Positions 24,411-37,810 of a DNA stretch of 64,000 nt are shown in pieces. The stretch's first letter is position 1, and the number at the start of each line of letters is the position of its first letter. This stretch comes from Malacoraja senta (lineage: Eukaryota): assembly GCA_038087875.1 (NCBI GenBank), contig CM075994.1, forward strand, positions 2,358,001 to 2,422,000. Reading direction: 5' to 3'. The notes under the pieces are model-generated. The model was not told the origin of the DNA. It did no database searches and saw only the letters and a list, made by a program, of their open reading frames with translations. The position numbers were made by a program, and so were the translations under genes.

Positions 24411-27400
24411 TGTTGATAGATGCTGAAGAATGTTTCATAGGGTCTGCAGCACAGTAACAGGCCCATCAGTCTTCCACGTTCACCCAATCATTGAATGCCC
24501 ATTTGCTGGCACTTAGTCCACAAACTTCCATGCCTGTGGACGCCTCGATTGTAATCATGTATTGTCTTTCCGCTGACTGGTTCGCACACAACAAAAGCTT
24601 TTCACGGTATCTCGATACACGTGACAATAAACTGAACAAATCTAAACTAACTAAACTAAACTAAATTAAACTAAGCCATGCAATTCAAGGGCTCTTTCAG
24701 TACTTCTTACATGTTGTGAGAATCTCCTGGGGGAAGATGTTTGACCTCAGAATCCCTCCCATCCTCTGACTCCTCACCCCTAGATTCATCCCTCTGGTCT
24801 TAGATAGCTCCATCATGGGGGAAAAAAAATTATACTCTATCTATGATCGCCATATGACCTTACCAGAGCTTTCCATTGTCTAATTTAGTTTAATTTATTG
24901 TCACAGGTACCAAGGTACAGTGAAAAGTTTTGCAGCGTGCTATCCCGTCACCGAAAAGACTATACAATGTTACAATCGACCCGCCCAAGGTGTACAGATA
25001 CAGCAAAAAGGGAATAACATTTAATGCAAGTTAAAGTCCAGTAAAGTCCGATTCAAGATAGTCCAAGGGTCTCCAATGAGATAGGTGGGAGGTCAGGACT
25101 GCACTCTAGTTAGTGAGTGGATGGTTCAGTTGCCTGATAACAGCCAGGAAGAAACTGTCCCTGAATCTGGATATGTGCGTTTTCACACCCATCTTGTGAA
25201 TTGAACACTGCACAGTTGGCCTGTGAGTTCTCACTGATACTAACCGCCCCCACCCCCACCCCACCTTTCCCAACCATCCCCCCCGCCCCACCGCCCCACC
25301 ACCGCCCCCCCCCCCGCCCCACCACCCCCCCAACACCTCGCCTGCACTCCCACTTAGCAAATCCTTGAATAACGACACAGATTATGAAGCTGGGCAGTTA
25401 TCACAACAAACAGAGAGTAATAAGTTTTGCGTCCTTGTCGATAAGGACCATATCTCCCACCAGCAGGCAAGAATCCATTGGTAGGACAGTTTACACACGG
25501 GATGGTCGGACAAGATTTATTTATCGTGTCATGAATCACAATTCCTCTCCCACTCCTCTGCTGAAACACGCCTAATCATTGATTATATTCATATTGCCAC
25601 ATGCATACCCATTATCAGACAGGGTCAGTCCCTATTCACACTACATCGAGAACAACCTATTCCTCCACACTGTATATTGAAAATATTAAATCCCATGGGC
25701 AGGATTGAAAAAAAAATCACATGCAAGATTGAAAACCCCCCAACTTCAATGTTTGTCCAATCAATTCAGATCCATGGCAACCTCCTAGCCAGTGACGTGT
25801 TGATAGAACAGTTACAACAGGAAACGGGACCATCCTTATTGATTCCACAACCCTTAGCAATCTCCTCTACAACCCTTGTGTTTGTGACAACACCTGAACT
25901 TTCAACAGGAGGATCAGACGCTAGCAAATAGAATGGGCAAATTGGTCATGTAATTTTAAATCAATATGTTTGTTTTCCTCTTGCCTGAAAAATTATTGGA
26001 TTTCAATCAGGGAACACGATGACTCTCTGATTATACAGCGAATGGAACGATTCTCTGTAAATACTTGCCCTGGTTGTGTTTCCCGTCAAGAATGATTTTT
26101 GCTTTATTCAAAAGTTTTCTCCAAAGAACAGATATCTCTGCCGTCCATGGCCTGCTGGATCTCCCGGTTGCTAACTTTAGACTTTAGAAATACAGCGCTG
26201 AAACAGGCCCTTTGGTCCACCGAGTCTGTGCCGACCAGCGATCACCACATACACCAACCTACATGCACTAGAGACTATTTTACAACTTACCAAAGGCAAT
26301 CAACCTACAAACCTGTACATCTTTGGAGTGTGGGAGGAAACTGGAGCATCCGGAGAAAACCCAAGCAGTCACGGAGAGAATGCACAAACTCCATACAGAC
26401 AGCACCCGTAGTGGGGATCAAACCTGGATCTCCGATGCTGTGAGGCAGCAACTCTATCTTGCTGCCCCTATTTTAACTCCCATTCCTATACCGACCTCTC
26501 TGTCCTGGCCCTTTTCCATTGCCATGTGACGCTACGTCAACTGGAAGATCAGCACCTCGTATTCCACGGCTAGCTTACAACCCAATGGAATGAACATTTC
26601 AAGTAATAACCCCCTAGCCCCCTCTCTTAACGCCCCCTCCCCAGGGGCGTACAATCCCATTTCTTCCACCACCCCAGCCACCCTACACCTTTGCCTCACT
26701 GTACATTTATTTCCCATCCCCGAGACCAATATTTACTTTTATTCCCTTATTTTCCCTCCCACCATCCCCTCCCATGCATTTCCCTCTCTCGGTTTTACAT
26801 TTCACTCATCTCCTTTACTTATCTGACACCCTCTCCTTCTTGTCTCTCGCTTTTGTCACTGTCACCACCCATTTGCCAACACCCCTCCCCTCTCTTGTAT
26901 CCACCTATCACTTGGCAGACTTTGCCCCACCCCACCTCTTTCCCAGCTTTATTCCCCCGACTCCATCACCTGAAGAAGGGTCCCAATACGAAATGTCGTC
27001 TGTCCATTTTCCTCCACAGATGCTGCCTGACCTGTTAAGTTTAGTTTAGTTTAGAGATACAGAGTGGAAACAGGCTCCTATGCCCACCGAATCCATGCCG
27101 ACCAGTGATCACTAACACTATTCTACACATTAGCGAGAATTCACAATTTTACCGAAGCCAATTAACCTACAAGTCTGTATGTCTTTGGAGTGTGGGAGGA
27201 AAGCAGAGCACCCGGAGAAAACCCTCCGGGTCACAGGGAGGAGGCACAAACTCCGCATAGATAGCACCCGTAGTCAGGATCGAACCCGGGTCTCTGGCGC
27301 TGTGAGGCAGCAACTGTACTGCTGCACCACCTTTCCACCCTAGATCTTCCAGCACTTCCTTGTACCTCTAGCGGATTTACCCATGTACTTACAAATGGAC

Positions 27401-29191
27401 GTGTTGGAGCCATTTTATGTGGAATTGTCAGTCTTGTTGCGATCTTAAAGTGTTATCCCAAACTTAAAAGATTTGGAGCCCTCATTGTTCTTGACTATCA
27501 AACCCATAGCTGGGGTTGCGGTCACTGTGGACTGCCTGCTTCAGGCCCTTCAGCCCAACTTGCTTATGCTGACCAAGATGCCCCATCTAGTCCCACCTGC
27601 CTGCATTTGGCCCATATCCCTCCAAATATCTTTTATATGCTGTTATAGTATATGCCTCAACTACCTCCTCTGGCAGCTCATTCCATATACCCACAGCCCA
27701 CTGTCTGAAAAAGTTGCCCCTCAGATTCCTATAAATCTTTCCCTTCTCACCTTAAACCTATGTACCCTGTTCCTTGACTCCCGTACTCTGGGTAAAATAC
27801 TCTGTGCATTCCCCCTATCTAGTCCCCTCATGATTTTATATACCTCTATAAGTTTACAGGGAGGCTCAGCTGGTATATGCTGGAGATCAGTGAGATTTGA
27901 CAGCGCGGATGCGGAGAGGGTATTCCGCTTGTAGGAAGATCTAGAACTGAGATAGCTGTTTAAAGATGGGTGTCCATTTAAGACAGAGATGAAGTCAATG
28001 TTTTTCTCAGAGGACCGTGAGTCCTTGGAACTCCCTTCAAAGCAAGCAGAATATTTCTAAGGCAGATAGAAGGATTCATGAGAAGCAAGGGGTGGATGGT
28101 TATGGGAGGTTGATGCGCCTTTGGAGCTGAGGTTGCATTTAGGTCTGTCGTGATCCCAATCCTCCAATCCCCCATATCCCTCTAACCCTTATCTATCCAT
28201 GTACCTGTCCAAATGTCATTTGAATGTTTGTTTCACATGTAATTTCCCCACTGCTGCCTTTAGGAACATTTCTTTAAATTAAGAACATTCCTACTGTTAA
28301 TCCTAGGTGCTGTAACCAACAACACTTAGGTTAATGGTTCTCAACTGCTCTGCAGTTGATTATTTTTTAACACCACCATAGACCACCTCCAATTAACTCA
28401 CCAACAATTTTGTAGTCATTTGCCTCAGCCCACTGAGATTACTGAGCATCTGCAGTTTGTGTCTAGAATTTTATTAGCTGTATTGTTCCTCGTTTTCAAA
28501 CCTAACATTTCAGTACTAGGATTCGTCGGCGTCTGAAGAAGGGTCTCGACCCGAAACATCACCTATAAATGTCCTCCGGAGTTGCTACCTGACCCACTGA
28601 GTTACTCAAGGACATTGTATCTTTTTTTGTGAACCAGCATCTGCAGATCCTTGTTTCTACATCCCAGTGTTATGTTATGATTAACGTCAGATATATATAC
28701 CTTACTGAATTACTTATGAAGTATGGTTTCATTCTTGTTACTATGCCAAATGTAGCCTATCCTTTTGGCTCCAGTACATATTACTCCAGGAAACTGGCTT
28801 AAGTTCACTCAAGAATATTCATCCCTTTCCAACCTCTCAACCTGTGTGGAGCTATAATTCTTGCATTGTAATTTTTGGTGCAAGTCTTTATAAATCTCTA
28901 AATCAATTAATTCTATAAGTTCAATGACCATAGTCTCTGTCCCGAAATGTCTCTGTTCTGAAGTAGGGTTCTAACCCAAAACATCACATATTATTTTTCT
29001 TCAGAGAAGCTGCTTGACTTGCTGAGTTGCTCCAGCATTTTGTGTCTATCTTCGGTATAAGCCAGCATCTGCAGTTCCTTCCTACACTCTCTGTCCTATT
29101 TATAGAAATAGAGACAGATAATCAATAAGGATAGGAGGAGGCCATTCGGTCCTTCAAGTAGGCCAGCACGGTGGGGCAGCTGGTAGAGCTG

Positions 29192-29348
29192 ATAGATACA
29201 TAGATACATAGAAAATAGGTGCAGGAGTAGGCCATTCGGCCCTTCGAGCCTGCACCGCCATTCAATACGATCATGGCTGATCATCCAACTCAGTATCCCG
29301 TACCTGCCTTCTCTCCATACCCCCTGATCCCTTTAGCCACAAGGGCCA
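29192..29348 (-). mobile_element. Young CR1 3'-end insertion
   Basis: (atagatac) tail plus CR1 3' UTR, nearly identical to 49330-49479. Confidence 0.8.
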
Positions 29349-29529
29349 GAATTAGATTCTGACTTCAGGTATAGTATGTGTGGAATTTGCACGTTGTCCC
29401 TGTGACCGTGTAGGTTTCCTCTGGTGCTCCAATATATATACACTGGACTTTTTTGTAGTTTATTATGGGTTTTACAGAGTAATATGTTTACATATCTGTG
29501 GTGCTGCTGCAATTACGAATTGCGTATAG

Positions 29530-29602
<73 letters not shown>
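29530..29602. repeat. (CA)n(TA)n microsatellite
   Basis: Direct reading. Shorter TA/TG runs occur at 29734-29776 and 52807-52839. Confidence 0.95.
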
Positions 29603-29608
<6 letters not shown>

Positions 29609-31213
29609 ACACAAAATGGTTTAAATCGAAGATAGTCACAAAATGCTGGAGTAACTCAGCAGGACTGGCAGCATCTCTGGAGAGAAGAAAAGGGTGACAT
29701 TTTGGGTCGAGACCCTTCTTTAGATCTGAAGACATATATATATATATATATGTGTGTGTGTGTAAATATATATATACTGAATGTTTTTGTTGTTTATTAT
29801 GGGTTTTACAAAGCAATATGTGATAAACAGGCAAATAAATAGGTAATAATAGTGCAAAGTTAAAAATAATGTCCCCAAGTCTATGTAGTTTAGAGCCTAT
29901 TTGTTTGGTGTTTAATAACCTAATGGCTGTAGGGAAGAAGCTGCTCCCGAACCTGGACATTACCGTTTTCAGGCTCCTATACCTTCTTTTTATTTCACCT
30001 CAAAAATATCTTTGAAACAGTTCTGCTCGGTAAAACACCACCCCGTCGATCGACAAAAAACACTGGCACTAATTTTAGAATCCCTTTATATAGGAGAGCA
30101 AGTTGCCTGTGCGTAAGCTCAAACATTGCTGTAGTTACGCCTACACATGATCTACCAGAACAAGCATCAAATCAGCTTTGAACAATGACTGACTACTTGC
30201 AAACTAAAATTAGCCCGCATTTTGCGTATGTGTGCAGGAACAAGGCAGTTCTCACAGTAACAGCCTGGAGCCCCGACTCGGTCGCGCTGACTTTCTGTTG
30301 CAATTCCTCCAGTATCAGTGTGTGTTACACAAGGTCACTGAATTTTCAGCTCAGATTGCATTTACAGCAACTCGAGTTTCCGCATTCTTTTAATGCTGGT
30401 TTTTGAAACATGAAACAGGACCCAAGCACAAAAACTGTCAGCGTGTAGAATGCATTACAATAATTATCAGGAGGAGTGCCTGTTAATCGCCTGCGATTAG
30501 AGGTCTTTCAGGGAAGTCTGAAAATCACTGGACATTAATATGTTTAATTCAAAGTTGAAGTAATATTTCACTTTATAAAGGGAACGAATGTTGTGCAACA
30601 ATATAATTTAGAAAAAGGCTCTATATTTTTCAAAGGCCATTTTCAGCAATTTAATTTGAAGGTAGTGGATGAAACTGTGATTTAAAATGCTTATTTTTGT
30701 GATAAATTTATTTTCAGCTGCAGTACTCAATGTTAAGTACAGTGAAACTCAGACACAAGGAACTTAGATGCTGGTTTACAAAACTCCAGATTGTTGGAAA
30801 TGCATCTGGCTAAGAAGATGGTGTATAGAGATGGTGTATCCCACCCTCTCAGTAAACTCACCATGGCCCCATTCCCACATTCCTCATAAACTCAAAGTGC
30901 TGGAGTAACTCAGCGGGTCTGGCAGCATTGTTGGAGACTTGAAATGTCACCTATCCATGTCCTCCAGATATGCTGCCTGACCCGTTGAGTTACTACAGCA
31001 CTGTGTCTTCTACGCAGATTCCAGCAACTGCAGCTCCTTGTATCTGTGTCCCTTTTTATAAACTCACTGGAACTCCATTTCTCATGCTCTCTTGAAACTC
31101 ATCTATTTACTGAAAAATGTATCAACGGTTCTGAAGTGGAGATGGGGGAGAGCTTTAAAGTCCTACGTGTAAATATCACCAACAATTTTTCCTGGACCAA
31201 CCACACTGACACT

Positions 31214-31638
31214 AGTTTAGTTTAGTTTATTGTCACGTGTAGTGAGGTACAGTGAAAAGCTTTTGTTGCATGCTATCTTGTCAGCGGAAATACTATACAT
31301 GATTACAATCGAGTCATCCACAGTGTACAGATACATGTTCAAGGGAATAATATTTGGTGCAAGTTAAAGTCCAGTAAAGTCCGATCAAAGATTGTTCGAG
31401 GGTCACCGATGAGGTAGATAGTAGCTCAGGACCGCTCTCTAGTTGTTGATAGGATGGTTCAGTTGCCTGATAACAGCCTGGGAAGAAACTGTCCCTAAAT
31501 CTGGAGGTGTGCGTTTTCACACTTCCATACCTCTTGCCTGATGGGAGAGGGGGGAAGCGAGAGTGACTGGGTGTAAAATTCATCCTTGATTATGCTGGTG
31601 GCCTTGCCCAGGCAGCGTGAAGTGTAACTGGAGTCAAT
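31214..31638 (-). mobile_element. Rex1/Babar 3'-end fragment with (AAACT)n tail (representative; similar pieces at ~4510-4890, 11870-12370, 24880-25190, 42430-42670, 46135-46710, 62500-62765)
   Basis: PLPSGKRYGSVKTHTSRFRDSFFP motif followed by a conserved 3' UTR ending aataaactaaacta. Confidence 0.75.
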
Positions 31639-31795
31639 ACTACCAAGATAGCACACCAATCCCTCAGCACGCTAAGGAAATTCAGCTTGTCTCCACCGAT
31701 CTTGCCAATTTGTACAGATGCATTGTAGAAAGCATTCTATCGGGATGCTTCACAGCAACTGCTCTGCCCAAGATCGTAAGAAGCAAAGATCCTAA

Positions 31796-32374
31796 TGCCC
31801 CTGTCCCACTTAGGAAACCTGAACGGAAACCTCTGGAGACTTTGCGCCCCACCCAAGGTTTCCGTGCGGTTCCTGGAGGTTCCAGGTAGTTTTTGTCAGT
31901 CTCCCTAATGGTCGAAAGTGGTTTCCGTTTCTTCTATGTTCCGGCGATTATTTCAAAAAATTCAAAACCGGCCGCGACTAAAAATAGGTTGCCGTTTTAA
32001 AAATCGGTAATTTTTTAGTCGAAGCCGGTTGCGATGCTAGTTGAAGGTGGTTGCCGGAGGTTGCAGGTGGTTGGCAGAGGTTGCAGGTAGTGGAAGGTAA
32101 GACCTTACACTACCTGCAACCTCCGGCAACCACCTTCAACTAGCATCGCAACCGGCTTCAACTAAAAAATTACCGATTTAAAAAACGGCAACCTATTTTT
32201 AGTCGTGGCCAGTTTTTAATTTTTTGAAATAATCGCCAGAACATAGAAGAAGTGGAAACCACTTTCGACCGTTAGGGAGACTGGCAAAAACCTCCGGGAA
32301 CTGCACGGAAACCTTGGGTGAGGCGCAAAGTCTCCAGAGGTTTCCGTTCAGGTTTCCTAAGTGGGACAGGGGCA
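31796..32374. mobile_element. Fully palindromic PIF/Harbinger-type MITE
   Basis: TIR TGCCCCTGTCCCACTTAGGAAACC, with arms pairing along the whole length to a centre near 32100. TSD TAA at 31793-31795 and 32375-32377. Confidence 0.88.
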
Positions 32375-32399
32375 TAAGGATCTTTGGTAAGAATTTGCC

Positions 32400-33720
32400 C
32401 AGTCAATCATGCAAACCATGCCCTCCCCATCATCTTTCCACCCTACGCCCCCCCTCTCCCTTTCCAACCTACCATCATTCCTCCCAATACCCCATTTCTC
32501 CTCCCCCCCGCCATCATTCTTCCCCCTCCCTACCTTTCCCTCCCCGTGTGGTTTGTCTGCCAGGGCGGGATGGGACGAGCAGCAGCTCCGCCTCCTAGTC
32601 CGGGCCCCTCCCCGGGGCAGTGCCGAGCCGGAGCAGGCTTGTGGAACGCTGAGTAAGCGCTGGTGCCGACAGGTGACTGGACTTCGCTTGCGGCTGCCGG
32701 CTGCTCCCCGCTGAATCTTCGTTGAGGCCCGGCCGCCCCTCCTCACTGCCGACATGCCGAAACCAGTGAGTGCCCAAGTGTGCGGACAGCGGGAGATGCA
32801 CCTGCAGCGCTCATGTGTGCGGGACAGCCCGGGATTGCGGGATGAGTTTCTGGTTATTGCGGGGCGCGGTATGGGCGCAGCCGAAAGTGCGGGCAGTCAC
32901 CCCGGCTGCGGTGCGGGAAAGCCCAGGACGGCAGGCCAAGTTCCCGGTTGCGGTGCGGGTACAGCCGGGCGGGCGGTCTCCCTGCTTTCTGCGGGACAGC
33001 CCGAGATTGCGGGCGGGCGCTCGCTCTCTGGTTTGCGGGCCGGAGTTACGTTGCGGGATAACGCGGGTTTGCGGGCCGACTCCCTTGGTTGCGCCAAATG
33101 GGTACGGATTAGTTTGGGATTTGGGGCGGTCTCTGTGAATGTCCCGGTTTGCGGTGCGGGAGATATGCCTGGTCGCGGTCCGCAGGTGTCCGGGGTTGTT
33201 CAGCGGTTCGGTGAAGACTGCGGCGGAGTCGGGTTGCGATCCGGGGTTTCTTTGCGGATCAGCCCGGGACTGCGGGCAGATGGTGCGACTCGGGATAGCC
33301 CGGGTCAGCTGGCCGAATTGCCGCTTGCGGCGAGGGAGGTCAAGGAGTGCGGATTAGCCCGGGATCGCTGGCGGGATTATGCTGCGGATTGACCCGGGAT
33401 TGCGGGCGGGGTGCAGGACAGCCCGGGACTGCGGGGTTGTTGTGCGGGACAGCCCTGGGCTGTGGGCAGGTGGAGGATTGCGCTGCGGATGAGATGCGGG
33501 GTTACTGTGTGGGACAGCAGGAGGGGTGCAGGGTCTGCGCTGCGGATCAACTCGCGTTTTCGGGTGGGCTGCGGGATAGTGCGGGGGTTGCGGTGCGGAC
33601 CTGCCCGCGACGCCGCTGTTTTTTTCCTCCGCCCCGGGGCCGCGGTTCGCCTGTTGCTCCCAGCGAGCGCCGACTCCCACCCTCCACTGGGGCAGCTCTC
33701 TCCCCGGGACAAAGACTCCA
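32400..33720 (+). promoter_or_regulatory. CpG island: promoter, 5'UTR and start of intron 1 of the ERM gene
   Basis: Very high GC and CpG density from about 32560 to 33700, a GC box gggcggga at about 32562 and a pyrimidine-rich tract upstream. It contains the ATG exon. Confidence 0.85.
32754..32765 (+). CDS. EZR/RDX/MSN: ERM-family (ezrin/radixin/moesin) first coding exon, MPKP
   Basis: gccgacATGCCGAAACCA is followed by a consensus donor GTGAGT at 32766. A 12-nt coding part with a phase-0 intron is the conserved ERM structure, and it joins in frame to 62944-63027. The paralogue cannot be fixed: MPKPINV matches mammalian EZR/RDX, while an ATG exon that appears to be the first exon in the CpG island resembles MSN. 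Confidence 0.9.
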
Positions 33721-34057
33721 CTTGTGACCGACTGAAGTTCCTCCGAAGTTGTGGAGCAGTTGCCCTGGAAACCTCGAGGACACTGCTGGATGCACAGTGT
33801 ACTTTCCATAAAACGCAGGGCGTTGCGTCTGTACAGGAATGTGCCAGCGTTCAGCCCTGTTCCCACCCGCTCCACAGTGGGGGTTCAGCACAGAAAATCA
33901 GGACACGTTCTCCTTAACGCTATATTGAAGTACACATTCCTATTGCTGATCAATATCACGTTTTTATTACACACCAGAAGTACTTTCATTTCTTATTGTC
34001 AACCTTGTTGTTTTGGGCCATTCTGGTCAGCGCCATAACTTTGAGTTTAGTTTATGT

Positions 34058-34510
34058 AATAGGAGCAGAATTAGGCCATTCGGCCCATCAAGTCTACTCC
34101 GGCCATTCAATCATGGCAGATATCTTTCCCCTTCAATCCCATTCTTCTGCCTTCTCTCCATCACCCCTGCCACCTTTACTAATCAAGAATCTGTCATTCT
34201 CCACTGTACAAAATATCCATTGACTTGGCCTCCACAGCCTTCTGTGGCAATGAATTCCACAGATTCACTAAAGAAATTCCTCCTCATCTCCTTTCCAAAG
34301 GTACGTCCTTTTATTCTGAAGCTATGGCCTGTGGTCCTAGACTCTCCCACTAGTGGAAACATCCTCTCCACATTTACTCTATCCAGGCCTTTCACTATTC
34401 GGGAAGTTTCAATGAGGTCCCCATCATCCTTTTAAACTCCAGTGAGTACAGACCCAGTGCCTTCAAATGTTCATCACGTTAACCCAATCATTCCTGGGTT
34501 CATTCTTGTA
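34058..34510 (-). mobile_element. CR1 3' fragment (similar copies at ~16860-17310, 21340-21760, 27540-27850, 35420-35870, 36650-36990, 45185-45715, 57120-57530, 63190-63730)
   Basis: KGLDRVNVERMFPLVGESRTTGHS motif plus the CR1 3' UTR hairpin region. Confidence 0.8.
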
Positions 34511-37500
34511 AAGTTTTGTGTATTGTCACGTGTGCCAAGGTACAGAGTTTTTGTTGCGTTCTGTCATGTCAGTGGAAAGACAATACATAATTACATTCAA
34601 GCCATCCACAATGTGCAGATACACGATAAAGGGAATAACTTGAATAACGTTAACTTACTATCTGTGTGATTTGACAGAGGTAAATTGTGCTGGTTGCTAT
34701 TTTGATTGTTTGAAAGATACAACATGGAAAAAGGCCCTTCGGCCCACCGAGCCCACGCCGACCATCGATCGCCCATTCACATTAGTTCTGTGTTATCACA
34801 CTTTTGCATCCACTCCCTACACACTATGGGGTAATTTACAGAGGGCCAATTAACCTAGAAACTCATACGGGCATGTCTTTGGGATGTGGGAGAAAACTGG
34901 AGCACCCGGAGGAAACACACGATAATTGGGAGAACATGCAAACTCCGCACAGACATTACCTGAGGTCAGGATCGAACCTGGGTCTCTGGCTGCATGAGGC
35001 AGTGGCACTACCAGCTGCACCGCTGTGCCGGTTACTTTTAACCGGTAGAATCTCTAACAGGACCATATCGGTCGTTCAGTACTTAAAGCAGTAGGAAAGG
35101 AGAAGTTAATGGACAAACTATTGCCTAGTTTTGAATAAACATCCTCCCCCCCCCCCCCCCTCTCCTCCACTACTAATGTTACTGACCCACAGATTTCTTC
35201 CAGCACCTTGTGTTTTTTTTACAGTAATAATTCTTTGGCACATGATCCCTTTCATGGGACTTGGACCTGTGAGTTGTTAGTCCGACCAAAAAAAATGTTC
35301 ACAAGGTAATGATTAACATGCCGTTAACATTTGCATTGTGTGCACTCTCAGTTGACGAGTTTGCTTCAATCATCTGCAATTGATCCACACCGGAAGTTTT
35401 ACATTTTCTGTTCACGTCATAGAGGCAGAATTAGGCCATTCGGCCTAATCCACCCCTGCCATTCAATCGTGGCTGATCTATCTTTCCCTCTCAAGCCCAT
35501 TCCCCTGCCTTCTCCTAATAACCCTTGAATCTGTCAATCTCGGCCTTAAAAAGACGCAATGACTTGGCCTCCACTGCCGTCTGTAGGAATGAATTTCACA
35601 GATTCACCACCAATCTGTGTCTGAAGAAATTTCTCCTCAACTCCGTTCCAAAGCTATGCCATTTTATTCTGAGGCTATGGCCACTGGTCCTAGACTCTCC
35701 AACTAGTGGAAACATCCTCTCCATGTCCACTCTGTCCAGGCCTTTCACTATTCGGTGAATTTCAATGAGGTTGCCCCTCATCCTTCTAAACTCCAGTGAG
35801 TACAGACCCATTGTCGTCAAAGGCAATATGTTAACCCAATCATTCCCAGGATCATTCTTGTAAACTTCCTAAATAGTTTATTGAATGTATATTAAGTGAG
35901 AAATCTACAAATAAAAACCTAAGAATGCTCAAGTTAAAAAGGACAACTTATTGGACTCAATAAGTTAAAAAGGACATCTCATCAAGATGAGAGAAACTGG
36001 AATCTTGAGCAATCTGAAGAGGGTCCCATCCTGAAAATTGCCTGTCCACTCCCTCCCCAGATGCTGCCGGACCCGCTGACTTCAGCACTGTGTGCTTTGC
36101 TCAAGGTTGACTAATCTATGCCTAAGATGGCGGCATACAATATATTTTGCACAGTTGTGTCTAAATTGTTTTTGTTGCTGAAATCTCAGAACTCCTAAAC
36201 TTACTCTGACACTCTTCAACCTGAAACGTTAAGCCTGTTCCACAACTCCACAGACATTGCCTCATCCAATGGGTGTAGCCAGCTTCCTGTTTATAATTTC
36301 AGATTGTCAGCATCTGCAGTTTTGTTTTAATTTCTAATCTCGATATCTACTTATAAATGTGCAGTTAAGATGCAAGGGCACCAAAGGCCACGGGGAGAAG
36401 GCAGGAGAATGGGGTTGAGGGGAAAGATAGATCAGCCTTGATTGAATGTCGGACTCGGTGGGCCGAATGGCCTAAATGTCCTCCTATGTCTTATGATCTT
36501 GTGCGTGACTGTAGAGGAATTTTAGCAGGTCAGAGTTTGAATATTTAATTCATTTTTTGGATCCCTGTGGCAGGAAGGTTTTTCGAAGAAGTGCGACATT
36601 GAGATTTAGTTGATCACACTGAAACTGTCCCAACGAATAGCAAAAGATCTGGATAGAGTGAATGGGCAAAGGATATTTCCACTAGTGGGAGATTCTAGGA
36701 CCAGAGGCTATAAACTCAGAATGAAAGGGCGTACCTTTAGAATGGAGATGAGGAGACATTTATTTCGTCAGAGGGTGGTGAATCTGTGAAATTCTTTCCC
36801 ACAGACGACTGTGGAGGCCAAGTCTATGGATGTTTTTAAGGCGGGGATTGACAGATTCTTGATTAATACGTGGGCTAGGGGTGAAGGCAGGAGAATGGGG
36901 TTGAGAGCGAAAGATAGATCAACCATGATTGAATGGTGGAATAGACGATGTGGGCCAAATCGCCTAATTCTGCTCCTTGAACTTATGAAGGATTTTCGGG
37001 AAGGTGAGGCTTATTGCGATTTACTGTTGAACACACAGAAACAAGAAAGAGCTTGCAGCATGCGGAGCACTAAAAAAAGTGCTGGAGTAACTCAGTGGGT
37101 CAGGCAGCATCTCTGGAGAAAAAGGGTCTAGAATGAAGAGTTTTTTTTTAAATATTTGGAAAGTGTATTTTACAGCAGCAAAGTCAGCAAGGGGTTATTG
37201 GACAAATATGTTAAGCAGAACGAAATGTGAAATTAGATGTGCAAGGCAAATTAACTGTTTCTGAGCCCCCAAAGCATGTAGTTGGCTCCAAAAGGGTTAC
37301 AGTAATTGGTATATGATGTCAGTTATAAATGCTGTCCCCAAATGTGGACTGTGGAGGTGAGCAAACTTTGTCACATTCTCAACGCAACAGTCAACATTTA
37401 TTGTGCTGGTTCTTGATTAGTTTTGTGATAAGGTTGGATTTTGAACATTTAAATTCTTGGAGCACCAATCCTTGAGTTTACACCTAAACTACTTTGACTT

Positions 37501-37810
37501 GCAAAAGAATCGTCTATCTATGTACATTATGCTGACAATTTCAATAGGATAATTTAGAGATACAACACGGAAACTGGCCCTTCATCCCAACTGTGCAGAC
37601 TAGCAATCACCCATTCACAATAGTTCTACCCTGCACACAAGGGACTATTATAGAAGCCAATTAACCTACAAACTTGCACGCCTTTAGAATGTGGGGGGGG
37701 AAACTGGAGAAAACCCACGCAATCACAGGGAGAACTTGCAAACTCCGTACAGCCAGCACCCGTAGTCGGGATCGAACTCGGGTTTCTGGTGCAGTGAGAT
37801 AGCAAGTCCA

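Noticed and set aside
32600..32726. Separate non-coding exon ending at cag|gtgact (32672)
   Set aside because: The only downstream AG before the ATG would give an intron of about 54 nt with a weak acceptor.
32754..33392. 212-aa ORF starting MPKPVSAQ
   Set aside because: It reads through the GTGAGT donor into GC-rich, stop-poor intron sequence. Only MPKP is coding.
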